Part shown: positions 28,901 through 32,114 of the stretch, in pieces | Layout of the letters: each line of letters begins with the position of its first letter | Numbering within the stretch: position 1 is the stretch's first letter | Assembly: GCA_018814465.1 (NCBI GenBank) | Contig: JAHIZR010000060.1 | Coordinates: 1 to 32,114 of the forward strand | DNA: 32,114 nt | Direction: 5' to 3' | Source of the DNA: a bacterium | GTDB taxonomy: Bacteria; Electryoneota; RPQS01 | Translations under genes and position numbers: made by a program | Notes under the pieces: model-generated | What the model saw: only the letters and a program-made list of their open reading frames with translations | The model's database searches: none | Told to the model about the DNA's origin: nothing

Positions 28901-31900
28901 CCTGACCGCTTCATCGGGAACTTGGTATGAGTATACCGTGTTTGCCTATAACGAATGCGGATTGAGCGATCCCAGCGAAGCGGACAGCGGAGTCGTGCTG
29001 CCGCTGCCGGACGCGGTGACCGGATTCACGGTTGCTGAGCAGTGCAGTCTACTCTGGTTCGGTTGGGATGTTTCGGAGTTTGCAGAGTATTACCAAGTCT
29101 ACAGAGATCTTGGCGAATTAGTTGCCACGGTAACTGATACCTTATATGGAACGACGGATCTCGGTCAGCATAACTGGCATGTGATCCCGCAAAATACCTG
29201 CGGTTTGGGCGTGTCCTCAGATACCTTGAATCGAACCGCGTTAACGGCACCGCTGGCGATTGATGACCTGCTGGCGAATGATGACGGCGGTGCAAGAACG
29301 CAGGTTGACAACTGCGATCACGTGACGCTGACCTGGACCGATCCGGCGAATGCGGATACGATCTTTATCTATCGCGACGCCACGCAGATTGATTATGTGC
29401 TCTTCGGAGTGGAGACGTATACCGATGACCTGCTGGCTCCGGCGGATTATGAGTACTATGTCATCGCGAATAACGAATGCGGCGCAACGGGCGAATCCAA
29501 TCACGTCAATGCGACGGTGTACCCGCCGCCGACGGCTCCGACGAATGTCGTTGCTTCCGACACATCATGCGCGCAGGTTTATATTACATGGGATGCGGCG
29601 ACGGGAACGTTTGATGAATACATTATCTATGCGGATAGCGTAGAAATCAATCGTGTGTTTGCCGGCACGACCGCACTCTTCCACACGACTGCCATTCCCG
29701 GTGACACGGCGCTCTATCAAGTCTCAGCCTACGATGATGTCTGCGGTGAATCCGAGTATTCCGCAGGTGATGAGGGAACTCGTCTTGAAGGTCCGTCGAT
29801 TCCGGCGGACGTAGCCGCGTCGGATGATCTTTGCGATATGATCACCGTGACTTGGACGGCGTCCACCGGTACTTTCACGGAATACCGTATCTATCGGGAT
29901 GGAACGCTGGTCGGAACGGTTGACGGAGCGACGACGACATTCGATGATGATACGTTGTCGGCTTCAGGAACCTACAGCTATACGATTACGGCTTGGAGTG
30001 CCGAGTGCGGCGAGACAGCGGATTCCGATCCGGATGACGGTACGATGCTGCCGCAGATGGGTCAGGCGACCGGCTTGACGGCTTCCATGGATGACTGCGA
30101 TGGTGTTGTGTTGAATTGGGACGCGTATGAAGGCGCAGACGAGTATTATGTCTATCGTGAAGGCACCGCAATCGATACCGTTGACACAAATGAAGCGTTT
30201 GACGACGATGTGGTACGCGGCGTGACTCATTCGTATACTGTCAGTGCGGTTAACCGCTGCAACGAGGGAACGCAATCCGAAGCAGCGAATGGAATGCGTA
30301 AGGACTTCCCGGCCGCGATTACCAACCTGACGGCGAGCGATACACTCTGTGATGAAATCTGTCTCGAATGGGATGATGTCGAAGAAGAGACCGGATATTA
30401 TATCTATCGCGAAACGCTGCTGCTTGACTCGACCGTGATGGATGACGCGGACTTCTGCGATACGACGGTTGTTCCCGGAACGACTTATAATTATGTCGTG
30501 CGAGCGAAGAATGAATGCGGTGAAGGCGATCCTTCCGAGAGTATTCCGGGAGTCGGGATTGCCGGTCTGCTTCCCGTGAGCAATGTGATCACGACGCCAT
30601 CCTGCGATGATGTTACTCTTACATGGGATGACATCGAAGGAGAGACAGGTTATCAGCTCTATTACAGCATTGACGGATCCAATTTCTTAGAATTGGCAAC
30701 CGTTGAAGCGGACGTCGTGACTTACGTTGACACCGCAATCGTCGCCGGAGAGTGCCATGAATATACCGTTGCCGGCATCAACATCTGCGGAGTCGGCGCG
30801 GAATCGAGTGTAGTCGAAGGCTGCCGTAAGGATGTGCCGATTATCGTTCCCAATGTTGTCGCATCGACGACTGTCTGTGATTCGGTTCTGATTTCATGGG
30901 ATGATGTCGGTACCGAAACAAGCTTCGACATTCAAAGAGATTTTGTTGATCTTATAATCGGATTGCCTGCCGACTGCCTGAGCTACTATGATGCGACAGC
31001 AGAACCTAACGTTTCCTATTCCTATGTTGTGCGCGGTGTCAACGAATGCGGTGTAGGTTTCTTCTCCGACGAAGCATTCGGTATGGCGGCGGATATTCCG
31101 GCGCAGGTGCAGAATGTTCAGGCCACATCGGATCAGTGCTCGACCGTGGTGATCACTTGGGATGACCTTCCCGATGAAACCGGCTATTCGATCTCTTATG
31201 GTTCCGATCCCTACACAGGATTGGGAAGCGTTGGTGCGGACGTCACGGAATTCACTGCTGTCGGTTTCGTGGGCGCGGAGAATTTCTCCGTTGTCGCATC
31301 GAATCAGTGCGGTACGAGTATACGGTCCGCGCTGGCACCCGGTGAAGGGTTGGATGTGCCGCCTGTTGTAATGAATCTCGCGTTTACCGTCAATTGCGGA
31401 GCGGTGAATCTGACGTGGGACTTCCCCGCAACGGCGGACAGCTTCAGAGTGTTGCGCAGAGCGGACGGTATCACCGACTTCGATACATTGGCAACCACTC
31501 CGTTGAGCAGTCATTCGGATGAACCGGGTGTCGGGACTTGGGAATACGCGATTCTGGCTCTGAACGAATGCGGTTTTGCCCCTGATATTTCGAATATCGT
31601 CAGTGTGGAAATCATTCCGGCGCTGGATCAGGTGGTTAATTTCACCGCATCGCATGACAGTTGTCATTGTGTTTATCTGTCGTGGGATGATGTCGAGAAT
31701 GAGACTCAATATCAAATCTACTGTGATGCGGAACTGATTGCTACAACAGTGGCGAACAACACGGACACATCTATCTGTGATGGGACTACGCCTTGCAGCT
31801 ATCAAGTAAGAGCCATCAACGAATGTGATGAAGGTCCGTTCTCGGATGCCGTCATCGGTTCGTATGATGTAGAGCCGGAGGCGCCGACGGGTGTAAGCGC

Positions 31901-32114
31901 GTCGGATGATAACTGCGATCACATTATGGTTATCTGGGATCCGGTTGACTTCTGTGACGGTTACCTTGTTTTCTGTGACGACGATTTCGTTGATACTGTT
32001 TTAAGCACAGCCGATGAGTTCTTGGAGCACGATACGACAGCGGGCACCTATGATTATCACGTTGTTGCCTACAACCACTGCGGCAACTCGCCCAATAGCG
32101 CAACCGATTCGGGA
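25950..32114 (+). CDS. Giant secreted Cys-rich fibronectin type III repeat protein (3' end outside the window)
   Basis: RBS gaggaggag; ATG 25950; signal peptide MIRMKSLWIIACMLALATGMAFGQ; the frame stays open to 32114 (2055 codons), which explains its absence from the track; 21 repeats of ASDxxCDx(I/V)xLTW...ETGYx(I/V)YRDG...YxYxVxAxNxCG. Confidence 0.92.
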   Translation, partial: MIRMKSLWIIACMLALATGMAFGQGAVFNFVWTDVNSPGWYELTYCDTPPEWDVVLQDGTPVRLMKDRDNSGTTGLSYSPADTVCTIGTLGVQGEVTINEFVFNSATIPRALGSFLSPYIQYMGGVPAFQPVYLLVGCYDTTGVDSVFVPMWASCDFLFSSGPSQEIISCPNDGAFGRPCWTRVGCCEPPPSCEAVQDSLVRGFEASTTDCDSIRMTWDAYDSTATAALGYDGVDSLIIKRAGTKIGSVPWWATYFAHYPPAEQTYYDFTIQVKRYCSETLLSEADTSRGIMPRYPSGTPVLQDASDSYCDSVVCYYDMPAGTPQGWDSTALLRNGLIVTYAPEGFGGQTGIRIVHYNAPIGPANYTVAGWNHTCGIGAQSNASSGEAGGAPPEVQNVNASDSDCTHPTYVSITWTDLNVNETGYRVYRDGNRIGPLLSANANSYYDYSGAAGQPYSYSVRAFSACDSSQTVTPNTGTLPVLPPQVTGFAASDTLCDMIRLTWNDVSDETGYAVIKSAPALAETVYVGPNTTQYDVVGTFGTTTIVPLTAYTFKVAAGNACGFGTASTTNTGTLQRRPNPVTNLLPGTSTCNYARITWSQTGISNEKGFKIYRDAVEIDTANIDATFYNDTNATPGVAHNYTVAAYNQCGDTTAVGPVAATRLAPPDAPTTFNATDAECGMVTCTWDDVADETGYTVYRDDGAARTVTTFPVNPNITTYNDVTAQAGEVYTYWVTATNACGESDSSNFDDGALLPLPGQPVIASSDVDCDSVYFCWNYLTEVDSFNVFDDGVYIGTTTDTCFAYAPTDSLDHFYQVVAYNDCGNGDSSLVTTLARLGLPGMPTGFGTMQGYNCDNVTLIWMGDAYGHDGFLIYEGALLRATLGPTDTFWVDDTIAPGEWRAYWLKVFNACDTIAYSEVAGQRLAPPVMVEDVAATDDICAQVTITWTDPNDTEEGFQIVRDDMIARTVDTVATITDPDAVTYDDLTASSGTWYEYTVFAYNECGLSDPSEADSGVVLPLPDAVTGFTVAEQCSLLWFGWDVSEFAEYYQVYRDLGELVATVTDTLYGTTDLGQHNWHVIPQNTCGLGVSSDTLNRTALTAPLAIDDLLANDDGGARTQVDNCDHVTLTWTDPANADTIFIYRDATQIDYVLFGVETYTDDLLAPADYEYYVIANNECGATGESNHVNATVYPPPTAPTNVVASDTSCAQVYITWDAATGTFDEYIIYADSVEINRVFAGTTALFHTTAIPGDTALYQVSAYDDVCGESEYSAGDEGTRLEGPSIPADVAASDDLCDMITVTWTASTGTFTEYRIYRDGTLVGTVDGATTTFDDDTLSASGTYSYTITAWSAECGETADSDPDDGTMLPQMGQATGLTASMDDCDGVVLNWDAYEGADEYYVYREGTAIDTVDTNEAFDDDVVRGVTHSYTVSAVNRCNEGTQSEAANGMRKDFPAAITNLTASDTLCDEICLEWDDVEEETGYYIYRETLLLDSTVMDDADFCDTTVVPGTTYNYVVRAKNECGEGDPSESIPGVGIAGLLPVSNVITTPSCDDVTLTWDDIEGETGYQLYYSIDGSNFLELATVEADVVTYVDTAIVAGECHEYTVAGINICGVGAESSVVEGCRKDVPIIVPNVVASTTVCDSVLISWDDVGTETSFDIQRDFVDLIIGLPADCLSYYDATAEPNVSYSYVVRGVNECGVGFFSDEAFGMAADIPAQVQNVQATSDQCSTVVITWDDLPDETGYSISYGSDPYTGLGSVGADVTEFTAVGFVGAENFSVVASNQCGTSIRSALAPGEGLDVPPVVMNLAFTVNCGAVNLTWDFPATADSFRVLRRADGITDFDTLATTPLSSHSDEPGVGTWEYAILALNECGFAPDISNIVSVEIIPALDQVVNFTASHDSCHCVYLSWDDVENETQYQIYCDAELIATTVANNTDTSICDGTTPCSYQVRAINECDEGPFSDAVIGSYDVEPEAPTGVSASDDNCDHIMVIWDPVDFCDGYLVFCDDDFVDTVLSTADEFLEHDTTAGTYDYHVVAYNHCGNSPNSATDSG

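Noticed and set aside
30894-31922. 342-aa minus-strand ORF
   Set aside because: Antisense shadow of the giant FN3 gene

Overview
A 32 kb bacterial chromosomal segment. The T9SS-type (YPNPFNP...KMxLIK) C-termini and a TonB receptor plus lipoprotein pair suggest an FCB-related diderm (inference). Housekeeping genes (metE, a universal stress protein, an M32 carboxypeptidase, a DAACS symporter, an HDIG protein, hisC, a TolB-like protein) alternate with large secreted proteins. Two things stand out. (1) A giant ORF missing from the ORF track (25950 to beyond the window end, at least 2055 aa) carries 21 FN3-like repeats, each with one Cys in the predicted A-B loop and one in the F-G loop, a layout suggesting inter-domain disulfide stapling. 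(2) A dispersed intergenic hairpin family (8 long copies, 1 half copy, 3 short variants) lies entirely on the + strand, with covarying stems, a bulged T and a length-conserved but sequence-variable core of about 29-32 nt. It is assembled with other modules into mosaic intergenic elements. No transposase, integrase, cas, tRNA or rRNA gene was recognised. All family assignments are from motif recognition, not database searches.
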